A stretch of DNA of 59,907 nucleotides from Bacteroidota bacterium (lineage in GTDB: Bacteria > Bacteroidota > Bacteroidia > Bacteroidales > FEN-979). Location of the stretch: positions 1 to 59,907 of the forward strand of contig JAPLDG010000338.1 of assembly GCA_026391845.1 (NCBI GenBank), in the 5' to 3' direction. The translations under genes and the position numbers were made by a program. Each line of letters starts with the position of its first letter. The first letter of the stretch is position 1. Below the pieces are notes generated by a model that was not told the origin of the DNA, did no database searches, and saw only the letters and a program-made list of their open reading frames with translations. Below, one piece after another: positions 35,416-45,101 of the stretch.

Positions 35416-35880
35416 CTACCTGATTTTTTCAACCAACTGCCTTACTCTTTCGATTGCCTCAGGAATCGCTCCAGCTACTTCCGGTGAAAGATCCATGCCC
35501 ATATCCTGAAAATCCTTTACGGAGATAGCAATGAGATAAAGCTTTGGCATATTGCCCAGCAGAATGGCAGAGTCGATCAGGTCTTTCAGGCCGATTTCAT
35601 GGGCGCTGAGTTGCCTTGGAAAATCCTTCGCAAACCTTGGCTGCAGCACCCTCACATGGCCGGGCGGGTGCTGGTCAAGAGAGGCATCCACGATGATGAT
35701 GGTTTTATAGGACTGTATAAATCCAAGCAGATGAAACCCGCCTGTACCTCCATCCATTACATCGGCGCCCATGATTCCATCCTTTTCGAGCTCGTTGACG
35801 ACATGAATGCCAACGCCTTCATCGTTCATCAATAAATTACCGATCCCGAGAACCAGGATGTTGTTAACAAATTCAGGCAA
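35416..35880 (-). CDS. hyaD: [NiFe] hydrogenase maturation endopeptidase (HyaD/HupD family)
   Basis: (V/L)LG(I/V)GN.L..D(D/E)G.G motif (ILVLGIGNLLMNDEGVGIHV). 154 aa. Last gene of the hydrogenase operon. Confidence 0.85.
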   Translation of the reverse strand: MPEFVNNILVLGIGNLLMNDEGVGIHVVNELEKDGIMGADVMDGGTGGFHLLGFIQSYKTIIIVDASLDQHPPGHVRVLQPRFAKDFPRQLSAHEIGLKDLIDSAILLGNMPKLYLIAISVKDFQDMGMDLSPEVAGAIPEAIERVRQLVEKIR

Positions 35881-35900
35881 CCTTTCGGGTTATTAAGTAG

Positions 35901-36623
35901 TTAGATGTCTTTTGGACAATCCTCGGTTCTGTTATCGTGGCGCTCGATCACATCTTCTTCAATGAATTTCCAGCCACCAATCATCGAGGAAGTTACCCCC
36001 CGGCGTTCAATATAATCGTGATAGAATACAAGGTAAACATGGATCATGGCAAAAAGGATAAATCCCCACATCAGGACATGATGGATCTGCCTGACCTGCA
36101 TATCTCCCCCGAGAAAAGGGACTATCCAGGAAAAAAGTTTGGGCAGGAAAGCATTGCTCATAGCAGCATACATCCCAAACCCGGTAAGGCATTGCAACAA
36201 AAAGATCAGAAATGTGATGAAATAAATGAAACTGGCCAGGGAATTATGGCCGATCGAATCGATGTTTTTGTTGGTAACCTGGAGGATGTCAACCTTGATC
36301 ACTTCAAGCATCTCTTTCCACTGGCAGCGTTTTAGCGGGATGAAATTATACCACCGCGAAAATTCGTTCCCGGTGAATCCCCAGTAAATCCTGAAAATAA
36401 AATTAAAGAAAAACAGGAAAGCGCTGATAAAATGGATGAAACGTACGGTTCCAAACCAATAATTGAAAGATGCTTCGGTGCCTTTCATAAAAGCAGGAGG
36501 GTCGCCGATAACATAACCGGTGACACACAGCACGGTGATACACAGTGCATTAATCCAATGGTAGAGACGAACAGGCATCTCCCAGACATGCACTTCACGC
36601 AGAGGGACAGATCGGTTTCTCAT
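35901..36623 (-). CDS. hyaC: Ni/Fe-hydrogenase b-type cytochrome subunit
   Basis: Four predicted TM helices with conserved His (VRLYHW..., FIHF, HHVLMW). 240 aa. Immediately downstream of the large subunit. Confidence 0.85.
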   Translation of the reverse strand: MRNRSVPLREVHVWEMPVRLYHWINALCITVLCVTGYVIGDPPAFMKGTEASFNYWFGTVRFIHFISAFLFFFNFIFRIYWGFTGNEFSRWYNFIPLKRCQWKEMLEVIKVDILQVTNKNIDSIGHNSLASFIYFITFLIFLLQCLTGFGMYAAMSNAFLPKLFSWIVPFLGGDMQVRQIHHVLMWGFILFAMIHVYLVFYHDYIERRGVTSSMIGGWKFIEEDVIERHDNRTEDCPKDI

Positions 36624-36626
36624 GGC

Positions 36627-38345
36627 TCAATAGGTTTTCAGGTCATGAATGGTAGTTCCGTTTTCGTCGTACAAATGAACGGCACAGGCCAGGCAAGGGT
36701 CGAAAGAGTGAATGGTACGGAGTACCTCCAATGGGATTTTGGCATCGGCAACCGGGGTTCCGATCAGGGATTCCTCGTAAGCCGAGCGTTGCCCCTTGAG
36801 ATCACGTGGTGAGGCATTCCAGGTGGTTGGCACCACCAGCTGATAATTAGCGATCTTTTTATCTTCAATCACGATGAAATGAGAAAGCGCTCCACGAGGG
36901 GCTTCGACCATGCCGATGCCTTTTGCCTGTTTAGGCCATGATTCAGGTTCCCATTTGGCATTATTTTGTGTGCGTGAATCGCCATTTTTGATATTTGCCA
37001 GAAGTTGCTGATAAAACTCCAGCGCCCATCCGCATACAAGTTTGGTCTCCAGCCCCCTGGCCGCAGTGCGTCCCAATGTTGAGAACAGAGCAGCTACCGG
37101 AACATCCAAAGCTTTTAATGTACTCTCTATCACCTCTTTATAATCGGCCCGGCCGGATGCATAACCAACAAGCATGCGCGATAACGGTCCGACTTCCATC
37201 GGGTTTCCTTTCCAGCGAGGAGTCTTCACCCAACTGTATTTCTGTGTAAAATCGAGATGCTCGTAAGGCGGTTTGGGTCCTGTATAATCGAATTTGGTCT
37301 CACCTTCCCAGGGATGCAAACCGGTTTTATCACCCTTGGAATATTGATACCATGAATTGTTTATATATTCCTGGATCTGTTCCGGATCCTCTGCTTTAAC
37401 CTCATGAATCTTGCTCAGGTCCCGTCCCAATATTGCGCCCCGGGGCATTTTAAAACTCTCGGGATTGTTGTAGCCGTTGGTTGGGAAATCGCCAAAGGCC
37501 AGATAATTTGTCAACCCGCCGCCAATGGCTCCCCAATCTTTATAAAACGATGCAATGGCCAGTAAATCCGGAATATACACCTGGTCAACAAATACCTTGG
37601 CATCTTCAAAAAGCTGCCCCACAAAGGCAAGCCGTTCTGCATTGATGGCGTTTGCCTCATCAATGTTAATGGAACAGGGAACGCCTCCGACCAGATAATT
37701 GGGATGAGGGTTTTTCCCGCCAAAAACGGTGTGAACCTTTACAAGTTCCTTTTGCCATTCCAGCGCTTCAAGATAATGTGCAACGGCAATCAGATTCACT
37801 TCGGGTGGAAGTTTGTAGGCTTTATGCCCCCAATATCCACCAGCGAAAATACCCAGCTGGCCGCTCTCCACGAAATTTTTAAACTTTTTCTGAATATCTG
37901 TAAAATAACCGACCGAACTTTTTGGCCAGGCAGAGATGCTTTGTGCAATCCGGGATGCTTCAGCAGGATTGGCTTTCAGCGCCGAAACCACATCGACCCA
38001 GTCGAGAGCATGCAGCTGATAAAAATGAACCACGTGATCCTGGATATACAAAGCGTTTGCCATCAGGTTCCGGATGAGTTCAGCATTGGGCGGAACAGAG
38101 ATACCCAGCGCATTTTCGACGGTTCTGACGGAAGTGAGCGAATGTGTTGAAGTACAAACACCACAAACGCGTCCGACAAAAGCCCATGCATCGCGGGGAT
38201 CCCTGCCCTTCAAAATGGTCTCAATGCCCCTCACCATCGTGCCTGCACTCCAGGCATCCGTGATTTTGCCATCGGTAACTTCAATTTCAACCCGCAGATG
38301 ACCTTCTATACGGGTGATCGGATCTATTACGATTCTTTCTGCCAT
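36627..38345 (-). CDS. hyaB: [NiFe] hydrogenase large subunit (group 1, membrane-bound uptake type)
   Basis: N-terminal RIEGH and RVCGVCTSTH motifs. C-terminal DPCLACAVH Ni-Fe ligands, using Cys rather than Sec. Confidence 0.95.
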   Translation of the reverse strand: MAERIVIDPITRIEGHLRVEIEVTDGKITDAWSAGTMVRGIETILKGRDPRDAWAFVGRVCGVCTSTHSLTSVRTVENALGISVPPNAELIRNLMANALYIQDHVVHFYQLHALDWVDVVSALKANPAEASRIAQSISAWPKSSVGYFTDIQKKFKNFVESGQLGIFAGGYWGHKAYKLPPEVNLIAVAHYLEALEWQKELVKVHTVFGGKNPHPNYLVGGVPCSINIDEANAINAERLAFVGQLFEDAKVFVDQVYIPDLLAIASFYKDWGAIGGGLTNYLAFGDFPTNGYNNPESFKMPRGAILGRDLSKIHEVKAEDPEQIQEYINNSWYQYSKGDKTGLHPWEGETKFDYTGPKPPYEHLDFTQKYSWVKTPRWKGNPMEVGPLSRMLVGYASGRADYKEVIESTLKALDVPVAALFSTLGRTAARGLETKLVCGWALEFYQQLLANIKNGDSRTQNNAKWEPESWPKQAKGIGMVEAPRGALSHFIVIEDKKIANYQLVVPTTWNASPRDLKGQRSAYEESLIGTPVADAKIPLEVLRTIHSFDPCLACAVHLYDENGTTIHDLKTY

Positions 38346-38347
38346 GA

Positions 38348-39463
38348 CTATGATTGTTTCGTGGTTTCAACTTTGGAACCTGCTACAGGCTCTTCATTTT
38401 TTATCTCTTTATTCTTGCGGATATTGGTCACAATGGCATGTCCGGCAATACCGACAGCTGTTGCAACACCAAGTCCCAGCCCGATTTTATCGGCGGTAGT
38501 TTCGATGCCGAAACCGGCTACCTCAGGCAAATGCTGATAAAATGGGCCATTGTCCCAGAAACCGGCTTCCGCACAACCGATGCACGGGTGCCCCGATTGA
38601 ATGGGATAACTCACACTATCGTTCCACTTGATGATTCCACAGGAGTTGTAGGTAACAGGTCCTTTGCATCCCATTTTATAGAGACAATAGCCGCGCTTTG
38701 CTCCTTCGTCGTCGAAGGACTCAACAAACAAACCGGCATCAAAATTGGCCCTGCGATAACAGGTATCATGCACTCTGCGGGAATAAAATGCCTGGGGCCG
38801 GCCCAATCCGTCGAGTTGCGGAATCCGGTCGAAGGTAAGCAGATGAACTACAACGCCTGCCATAACATCAGCGATGGGCGGACAGCCCTGTACGTTGATA
38901 ACCGGTTTGCCACTTATAACTTTATGAACAGGTTGTGCTCCGGTCGGATTGGGACTCGCAGCCTGAACACATCCTGCTGATGCACAATTGCCCCATGCAA
39001 CAACGGCTTTGCAGTTCTTTACAGCCTCCTGAAGAATCTGAAGGGCACTGCGGCCTCCGATGCAACAATACGCTTCGTTTTCGGTAGGAATAGATCCCTC
39101 CACCATCACGATGTACTCGCCCGGATATTTCGCCATTACCGCTTTGTATGCTTCTTCGGCCTGGAATCCCGAAGCAGCCATCAGGGTTTCCTGATAATCA
39201 AGGGAGATCTTGTTCAACACTATGTCTGCGACAAGCGGATGGGATGCCCTGATGAATGACTCGCTGCAGCAGGTACATTCCTGGAAATGAAACCAGATGA
39301 CCGGAAGCCTTGGCTTTGTCTCCAGCGCTTTGACAATTTGGCCTATCCCACTGGCTTCCAACCCGAGGAAAGCAGCCATGGTGGCGCAAAATTTAAGGAA
39401 ATCCCGTCGGGACACTCCGTTCCCTCTGGCTTCCTCGTAAAATGAAGGTCTCTGATTCTCCAT
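38348..39463 (-). CDS. hyaA: [NiFe] hydrogenase small subunit with Tat signal
   Basis: Twin-arginine signal VSRRDFLKFCATMAAFLG. Fe-S cluster cysteines (ECTCCSES, GCPP, CIGC). Start placed at MENQRP (39463). Confidence 0.95.
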   Translation of the reverse strand: MENQRPSFYEEARGNGVSRRDFLKFCATMAAFLGLEASGIGQIVKALETKPRLPVIWFHFQECTCCSESFIRASHPLVADIVLNKISLDYQETLMAASGFQAEEAYKAVMAKYPGEYIVMVEGSIPTENEAYCCIGGRSALQILQEAVKNCKAVVAWGNCASAGCVQAASPNPTGAQPVHKVISGKPVINVQGCPPIADVMAGVVVHLLTFDRIPQLDGLGRPQAFYSRRVHDTCYRRANFDAGLFVESFDDEGAKRGYCLYKMGCKGPVTYNSCGIIKWNDSVSYPIQSGHPCIGCAEAGFWDNGPFYQHLPEVAGFGIETTADKIGLGLGVATAVGIAGHAIVTNIRKNKEIKNEEPVAGSKVETTKQS

Positions 39464-39654
39464 AAAGCGATTGATTTTAGATATGATTACGGGTCCGAAA
39501 TATATGAAAGAAATGTCATATGTCAATCATCGGGACTTAATTTATACAAAGTCTCAATAAGCAAAACTGCACCTTTGTACTTCCCACTTTCGTTTGTCCT
39601 TAAAATGGGCGTTAGTTGGATAAGCTTATTATATGTTCATGTTAAATTTCTGAA

Positions 39655-39662
39655 TACTTTTG
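39655..39662 (+). promoter_or_regulatory. Candidate -7 promoter box (TACTTTTG) for the tandem paralogue array
   Basis: Matches TAnnTTTG and lies 81 nt upstream of the ATG at 39744. Confidence 0.3.
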
Positions 39663-39743
39663 CTATAATTGTCATTTAATATTATAACTTTACCCTCAAA
39701 TTAAACCCAATGGTTCCATCATCTTAACCCTAAAGAAATCCAA

Positions 39744-41108
39744 ATGAAAAAAGTTCTACTCTTTGCAATTTTTGCACTCTCCATCGGCGCGATTGCGCAA
39801 AACAAACGGCCAAACATTCAAACTCCACCTCCATCACGACATTCGCTGCATGATGTTCAGGGGATTCAGGAGGATGACGGATTGAAAAAAACCGGCGTCT
39901 ATTCCGAAATGAATTCAACACATTTCACTGACAATCAAATGCTTAACCATCGTGAATTGATGCAGATATGGGACAGCATTTTCAGCTTTCAATGGGACAC
40001 CCTGACCGACGGATGGCAACTCGGATATAAATACATTGACATGGTCTATAATGCCAAACACTATCTGACAAATTACCTGTGGCAAGCCTGGAACGGCACC
40101 GCCTGGGAGAATTCCGTCAAAGTCACCTATACCTATAACGCCTACAACCTTCAAACCAGCTTCCTGGGCCAAAGGTGGGACGCCGCCGCCTGGGTAAATG
40201 CAAGTCAATACCTCTACACCTATGATGCAAGCAACAATATGACAAGCCGGTTATACCAGCTATGGACCAGCGGTGCGTGGGCAAATGTAAATCAATATAT
40301 TTACACCTATGATGCGGACAATAATCTGACGAGCCAAATGAGGCAAACATGGAGCAGCGGCGCTTGGGTCAATAATTATCAGACTATTTTCACCTATGAT
40401 GCGGCCAACAATCAAACCAATTCTCTGAACCAGAACTGGATCAACGACGCATGGGTGAGTGTCTATCAAACCATCCATACTTACAACGCAAATAATTATA
40501 AGACAAATTCCTTATCCCAAACATGGAACGGTGTTGCCTGGGTTGATTCCTTCAGCGGCGTTTATACCTATGATGTGAACAATAATCAGACAAATTACGA
40601 TGAGCAACGGTGGAATGGCAATACCTGGGAGAATAACTATCAATATTCTTGTACCTACGATGCCAACAATAATAGGACAAAAGAAACAGAACAATATTGG
40701 ATTGGCAACACCTGGGTCAATTCCTCTCAATTTAATTACGCGTATGATGTCAACAATTTCATGATAAGTGATGCATACAGATATTGGAATGACGCAGGCA
40801 ATCTGACCTACGGCGATAGTACCTACTACTTTTCCCATGCCGTAATGGGAACAGACGACCTGCCTGCGCAGGAAGGAAGCATTTCGGTTTACCCCAATCC
40901 CAGCCAGGGTAAATTTACCATAAACTGCAGTAAAACAATAAGTTCAATCGAAATTTTCAACACACTCGGAGAGCAGGTCTGCAACGATCAAAAATTCCAT
41001 CTGCCAACATCGAAGGAAATCGACTTATCGGGTTGTGATAAAGGAATTTACCTGGTGAAAATTTTAATTGGAGAGACAAGATACAACAAAAAGATTGTGA
41101 TCCGGTAA
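39744..41108 (+). CDS. T9SS-secreted 29-residue-repeat protein, paralogue 1 of 3
   Basis: Signal peptide MKKVLLFAIFALSIGAIAQ. About 9.5 repeats of W..(G/A).W.N.....Y.Y(D/N)..NN.T. T9SS CTD ISVYPNPSQGKFTINCSKTISSIEIFN...GIYLVKILIG. Confidence 0.75.
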   Translation: MKKVLLFAIFALSIGAIAQNKRPNIQTPPPSRHSLHDVQGIQEDDGLKKTGVYSEMNSTHFTDNQMLNHRELMQIWDSIFSFQWDTLTDGWQLGYKYIDMVYNAKHYLTNYLWQAWNGTAWENSVKVTYTYNAYNLQTSFLGQRWDAAAWVNASQYLYTYDASNNMTSRLYQLWTSGAWANVNQYIYTYDADNNLTSQMRQTWSSGAWVNNYQTIFTYDAANNQTNSLNQNWINDAWVSVYQTIHTYNANNYKTNSLSQTWNGVAWVDSFSGVYTYDVNNNQTNYDEQRWNGNTWENNYQYSCTYDANNNRTKETEQYWIGNTWVNSSQFNYAYDVNNFMISDAYRYWNDAGNLTYGDSTYYFSHAVMGTDDLPAQEGSISVYPNPSQGKFTINCSKTISSIEIFNTLGEQVCNDQKFHLPTSKEIDLSGCDKGIYLVKILIGETRYNKKIVIR

Positions 41109-41128
41109 ACGCGCTAAAAGAGATCCCT

Positions 41129-42493
41129 ATGAAAAAACTACTACTCCTGGCGATTCTTGCATTGTCAATCAGTGTTTTTGCACAAAGCAAACGGCCAGAC
41201 AATCATATTCAACCTCCATCACGACATTCACTGCATGACAATCAGCGGATTAATGAAGATCATGGATTGAAACTAACCGGTGTTTGTTCGAAAATGAACC
41301 CGCTGCAACCCATCAGCCATCAAACGCCTGACCCGCGGGAATTAGTGCAGATATGGGACAGCATTTACAACTTTCAATGGGATACACTCACCAACGGTTG
41401 GCAACCCGAATACAAATATGCTGACCTGGTCTATAATACCAACAATTATCTGACAAGTTACCTGGGTCTGTTTTGGAATGGCAACGCCTGGGTGAATGCC
41501 TCAAAAGCCAGCTATACCTATAATGAATACAACCTTGAGACAAGTTTCCTCAGCCAAAGCTGGGATGGTACCGCCTGGGTAAATGCAAATCAATACCTCT
41601 ATACCTATGATGCGCACAATAATCTGACAAACAGGATTTTTCAGCATTGGACCAGCGGTGCATGGATAAATAACGACCAGTATGTTTCCACATTTGATGC
41701 GTCCAATAATCTGACAAGCCAGCTAAGGCAAACATGGAGCAGCGGCGTGTGGACAAATGCCTATCAAAACCTTAATACCTACGATGCAAATAACAACAGG
41801 ACGGGTTCCCTGTCTCAAAACTGGACCGGCAGCGTCTGGCTGAATTCGTACCAGATCTTATATACGTTCAATGCAGACAATTTTTTGACAAACAAATTAA
41901 CCCAAAACTGGAACGGCATCGCCTGGGTTGATGCCAATGATGGTGTATACAACTACGATGCAAACAATAATCTGATGAGTTACTTTGAGCAATACTGGAA
42001 TGGAAGTGTCTGGGAGAATTCGCTTCAATATTTTTGCACCTATGATGTGTTCTATAATCTGACCAGGCAAACGGGACAATATTGGATTGGCAACACCTGG
42101 GTAAATTCCTATCAAAACGGATATACTTACGATGCCAACAATTTTATAAAAAGCGAGACATCCAGATATTGGAATGACGCGGGTAATCTGACCTATGGCG
42201 ATAGTACCTACTACTTTTCCCATGCCGTGATGGGAACAAACGACCGGCCTGCGCAGGAAGGAAACATTTCGGTTTATCCCAATCCAACACATGGAAAATT
42301 TACCATCAACTGCAGTAAAACAATAAGTTCAATCGAGATTTTCAACACACCCGGAGAGCGGATCTGCGACGATCAAAAGTTCAATCTGCAAACATCGAAG
42401 GAAATCGACTTATCGGGTTGTGATAGAGGTATTTATCTGGTGAAAATTGTAATTGGAGACAAAAGATACATCAAAAAGATTGTCATTCAGTAA
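41129..42493 (+). CDS. T9SS-secreted 29-residue-repeat protein, paralogue 2 of 3
   Basis: Same length (454 aa) and architecture as paralogue 1. Aligns without gaps by eye. Confidence 0.75.
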   Translation: MKKLLLLAILALSISVFAQSKRPDNHIQPPSRHSLHDNQRINEDHGLKLTGVCSKMNPLQPISHQTPDPRELVQIWDSIYNFQWDTLTNGWQPEYKYADLVYNTNNYLTSYLGLFWNGNAWVNASKASYTYNEYNLETSFLSQSWDGTAWVNANQYLYTYDAHNNLTNRIFQHWTSGAWINNDQYVSTFDASNNLTSQLRQTWSSGVWTNAYQNLNTYDANNNRTGSLSQNWTGSVWLNSYQILYTFNADNFLTNKLTQNWNGIAWVDANDGVYNYDANNNLMSYFEQYWNGSVWENSLQYFCTYDVFYNLTRQTGQYWIGNTWVNSYQNGYTYDANNFIKSETSRYWNDAGNLTYGDSTYYFSHAVMGTNDRPAQEGNISVYPNPTHGKFTINCSKTISSIEIFNTPGERICDDQKFNLQTSKEIDLSGCDRGIYLVKIVIGDKRYIKKIVIQ

Positions 42494-42513
42494 CCGTGCT
42501 AAAATAGATACAC

Positions 42514-43878
42514 ATGAAAAGAATTCTACTCTTTGCAATTTTCGCACTATCCATCGGCGCTATTGCACAAAACAAACGGCCAGACATTCAGACTCCACCT
42601 CCATCACGATATTCACAACATGATGTTCAGGGGATTCAGGAGGATGACGGATTGATAACAACCGGCTTCTGTTCCGAACCAAATTCATCACTATTTGCTG
42701 ATAATCTGACGTTTAATGAACGGGAATTGATGCAGATAATTGACAGCATGTATCGTTGGCGATGGGACACACTCGGCAATGGATGGCAGCTGGGAAACAA
42801 GTACATTGACCTTGTTTACAATGCCAAAAATTATCTGACAAGCTACATTGGGCAAACCTGGAATGGCAGCGCATGGCGGAATGTCTCTAAAGCCCTGATC
42901 ACCTACGATGCATACAACAATCAAACGAGCAATATAGATCTAAGCTGGGATGGCGCCACCTGGGTGAATTCAAATCAGTACCTCTACACCTATGATGCAG
43001 GCAATAATCTGACAAATGAGATACTCCAGCATTGGATCACCGGGGAATGGGTAAATATCAACCAGTACACGAACACCTATGATGGAAGCAATAAACTGAT
43101 AAACCAGATATACCAGCGTTGGCTTGGCGGCGCCTGGGAGAATAGGACTCTGTACCTTCATACCTATGATGCGGCCAACAATCTGACAAGTTCCCTGACC
43201 CAAAACTGGATCAACGACACATGGGTGGACACCTATCAAACCCTCAGCACTTACAACGCAAATAATAATAGAACAAATTCCTTACTGCAAAAATGGAACG
43301 GTGCTGACTGGGTTAATTTCCAAAACATTACTTATACCCATGATGCCAATAATAACATGACTGGTTACATCATGCTAAAGTGGAATGGAAGCGCATGGGA
43401 GAATAACAATCAATATTTCCACACCTATGATGCCTCCAATAATCTGATAAAAGAATTAAGTCAATATTGGACTGGCAACACATGGGTAAACTACTATAAG
43501 TACAATTACGCTTACGATGCCAACAATTTCCCCCAAAGCCAATCCCATATATATTATGATGACGCAGGCAATATAACCTTTGGCGATAGCACCTACTACT
43601 TTTTCCATACCGTGATGGGGACAGACGACCTGCCTGAGCAGGAAGAAAGCATTTCGGTTTATCCCAATCCAACCCCTGGAAAATTTACCATAAACTGCAG
43701 TAAAACAATAAGTTCAATTGAGGTTTTCAACACACCCGGAGATCGGATTTATGCTGATCAAAAATTCACCCGGCAAAAATCCAACGATATCGATTTATCA
43801 GGCTACGAAAAAGGAATCTACCTGATAAAAATTTCTGCCGGAACAGCAAATTACAAGAGAAAGATTGTGATTCGGTAA
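42514..43878 (+). CDS. T9SS-secreted 29-residue-repeat protein, paralogue 3 of 3
   Basis: Same length (454 aa) and architecture. The N-terminal 40 aa are nearly identical to paralogue 1. Confidence 0.75.
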   Translation: MKRILLFAIFALSIGAIAQNKRPDIQTPPPSRYSQHDVQGIQEDDGLITTGFCSEPNSSLFADNLTFNERELMQIIDSMYRWRWDTLGNGWQLGNKYIDLVYNAKNYLTSYIGQTWNGSAWRNVSKALITYDAYNNQTSNIDLSWDGATWVNSNQYLYTYDAGNNLTNEILQHWITGEWVNINQYTNTYDGSNKLINQIYQRWLGGAWENRTLYLHTYDAANNLTSSLTQNWINDTWVDTYQTLSTYNANNNRTNSLLQKWNGADWVNFQNITYTHDANNNMTGYIMLKWNGSAWENNNQYFHTYDASNNLIKELSQYWTGNTWVNYYKYNYAYDANNFPQSQSHIYYDDAGNITFGDSTYYFFHTVMGTDDLPEQEESISVYPNPTPGKFTINCSKTISSIEVFNTPGDRIYADQKFTRQKSNDIDLSGYEKGIYLIKISAGTANYKRKIVIR

Positions 43879-43946
43879 CCTTGATACAACAGTGAAACCG
43901 AAAACCAGATAGCTTCAACCACTGAAATAACATAAATTGTAACCCC

Positions 43947-44582
43947 ATGAAAGTAATAGCTATAAACGGGAGTCCAAAAAAAGAAGGAAACACCTTTCAC
44001 GCACTGAAAATGGTTGGCAATGAACTTCTTGCCGGTGGTATTGAATTCGAGATTCTGCATGTCGGACATAAACTGATTCATGGTTGTCTGGCCTGTGGTA
44101 AATGTGCGGAAAACAGGGATGAACAATGCAGCATTAAAACCGATGATTTAAACCAATGGATACAAATGATCAAAGTAGCCGATGGTATTATCATCGGTTC
44201 ACCAGTTCATTATTCAGGGATTGGTGGTGCGATGAAATGCTTTTTAGACAGGTTGTTTTATGTCTCAGGATCAAATGGAAACCTGTTTCGCCATAAAGTT
44301 GCAGCAGCTGTGGTTGCGGTTAGACGAACCGGTGGTTCGGCCACCCTGGATGGCTTATACCATTATCTGACCTACGCTGAAATGATCGTTGCAACTTCCG
44401 GGTATTGGAATGTTATTCATGGCAGAAAACCCGACGAGGTTTTACAAGACAGTGAAGGCGTGCAAGTTATGCGTGTTTTGGGAAAAAACATGGCCTGGTT
44501 GCTGAAAATGAAAGAGGCTGCATCAGGCTCGGTTGAACCGCCAATGTCCGAAAAAAAGGTTGTTACAAATTTTATCAGATAA
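43947..44582 (+). CDS. Flavodoxin-like NAD(P)H-dependent FMN reductase / iron-sulfur flavoprotein-like protein
   Basis: MKVIAINGSPKKEGNT opening, CLACGKC cluster motif, and (I/V)IGSPVY/H..(I/M)(S/G) flavin-binding pattern. Confidence 0.7.
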   Translation: MKVIAINGSPKKEGNTFHALKMVGNELLAGGIEFEILHVGHKLIHGCLACGKCAENRDEQCSIKTDDLNQWIQMIKVADGIIIGSPVHYSGIGGAMKCFLDRLFYVSGSNGNLFRHKVAAAVVAVRRTGGSATLDGLYHYLTYAEMIVATSGYWNVIHGRKPDEVLQDSEGVQVMRVLGKNMAWLLKMKEAASGSVEPPMSEKKVVTNFIR

Positions 44583-44664
44583 CCGGGTTTAAATCACTTT
44601 TTGACCCGGAAAAAAATTTTAACACCATAGAAATCAAACCATTATTAAACCAATTCGCATTCAT

Positions 44665-44943
44665 ATGAAAAAAGTAATCCAAGCAAGAATCATTGTCAGA
44701 CCAGAAGCAATTGTTACCTTTCTTGCCTGTGCAAAAACAATGGTTGTGAAAAGCAATGCAGAACAGGGATGTTTAATTTACAAGCTGTACCAGGAGGTTG
44801 GAAATCCGCAAAGTTTTATATTCTATGAAGAATATGAAAACCAGGATGCCCTGAGCATCCATAACTCCTCTTTGTACTTGAAAACTTTCCTTGAACAACT
44901 TACTGAGCTGGCAGCAGATAAGCCACAGGTGAACGTTTTCTAA
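44665..44943 (+). CDS. ABM-domain (antibiotic biosynthesis monooxygenase / quinol monooxygenase-like) protein
   Basis: 92 aa ferredoxin-like pattern ...GCLIYKLYQEVGNPQSFIFYEEYENQDALSIHNSS. Confidence 0.65.
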   Translation: MKKVIQARIIVRPEAIVTFLACAKTMVVKSNAEQGCLIYKLYQEVGNPQSFIFYEEYENQDALSIHNSSLYLKTFLEQLTELAADKPQVNVF

Positions 44944-45101
44944 CCTCCGTAATGAAGCAGAAATTGTTAATTTTGGCAGAAAATCAACAAATTAGCTCCA
45001 TAATTTCAGAAATAAAGACCAGGGTGAAAGTGAAGCGATTATCAACCCTGTCGAACCAACTCATTCACGACATTGTCAAAAGCCATCTTAATGTTATAAA
45101 T

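Larger units (their letters stand above)
39744..43878 (+). repeat. 3 x 1385-bp tandem gene-scale repeat (1365-nt CDS plus 20-nt spacer)
   Basis: Start codons at 39744, 41129 and 42514, exactly 1385 bp apart. The spacers are related (TAAACGCGCTAAAAGAGATCCCTATG / TAACCGTGCTAAAATAGATACACATG). Confidence 0.9.

Noticed and set aside
36627-38345. Possible [NiFeSe] hydrogenase or a selenocysteine codon, given the selenium-linked ygfK context.
   Set aside because: The C-terminal Ni ligand motif reads DPCLACAVH with ordinary Cys codons, and the ORF is uninterrupted. No in-frame TGA needs to be invoked.
39744-43878. Diversity-generating retroelement acting on the three variable paralogues.
   Set aside because: There is no reverse transcriptase, no template repeat and no adenine-specific substitution pattern evident in the window. 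Variation is spread over the whole repeat region.
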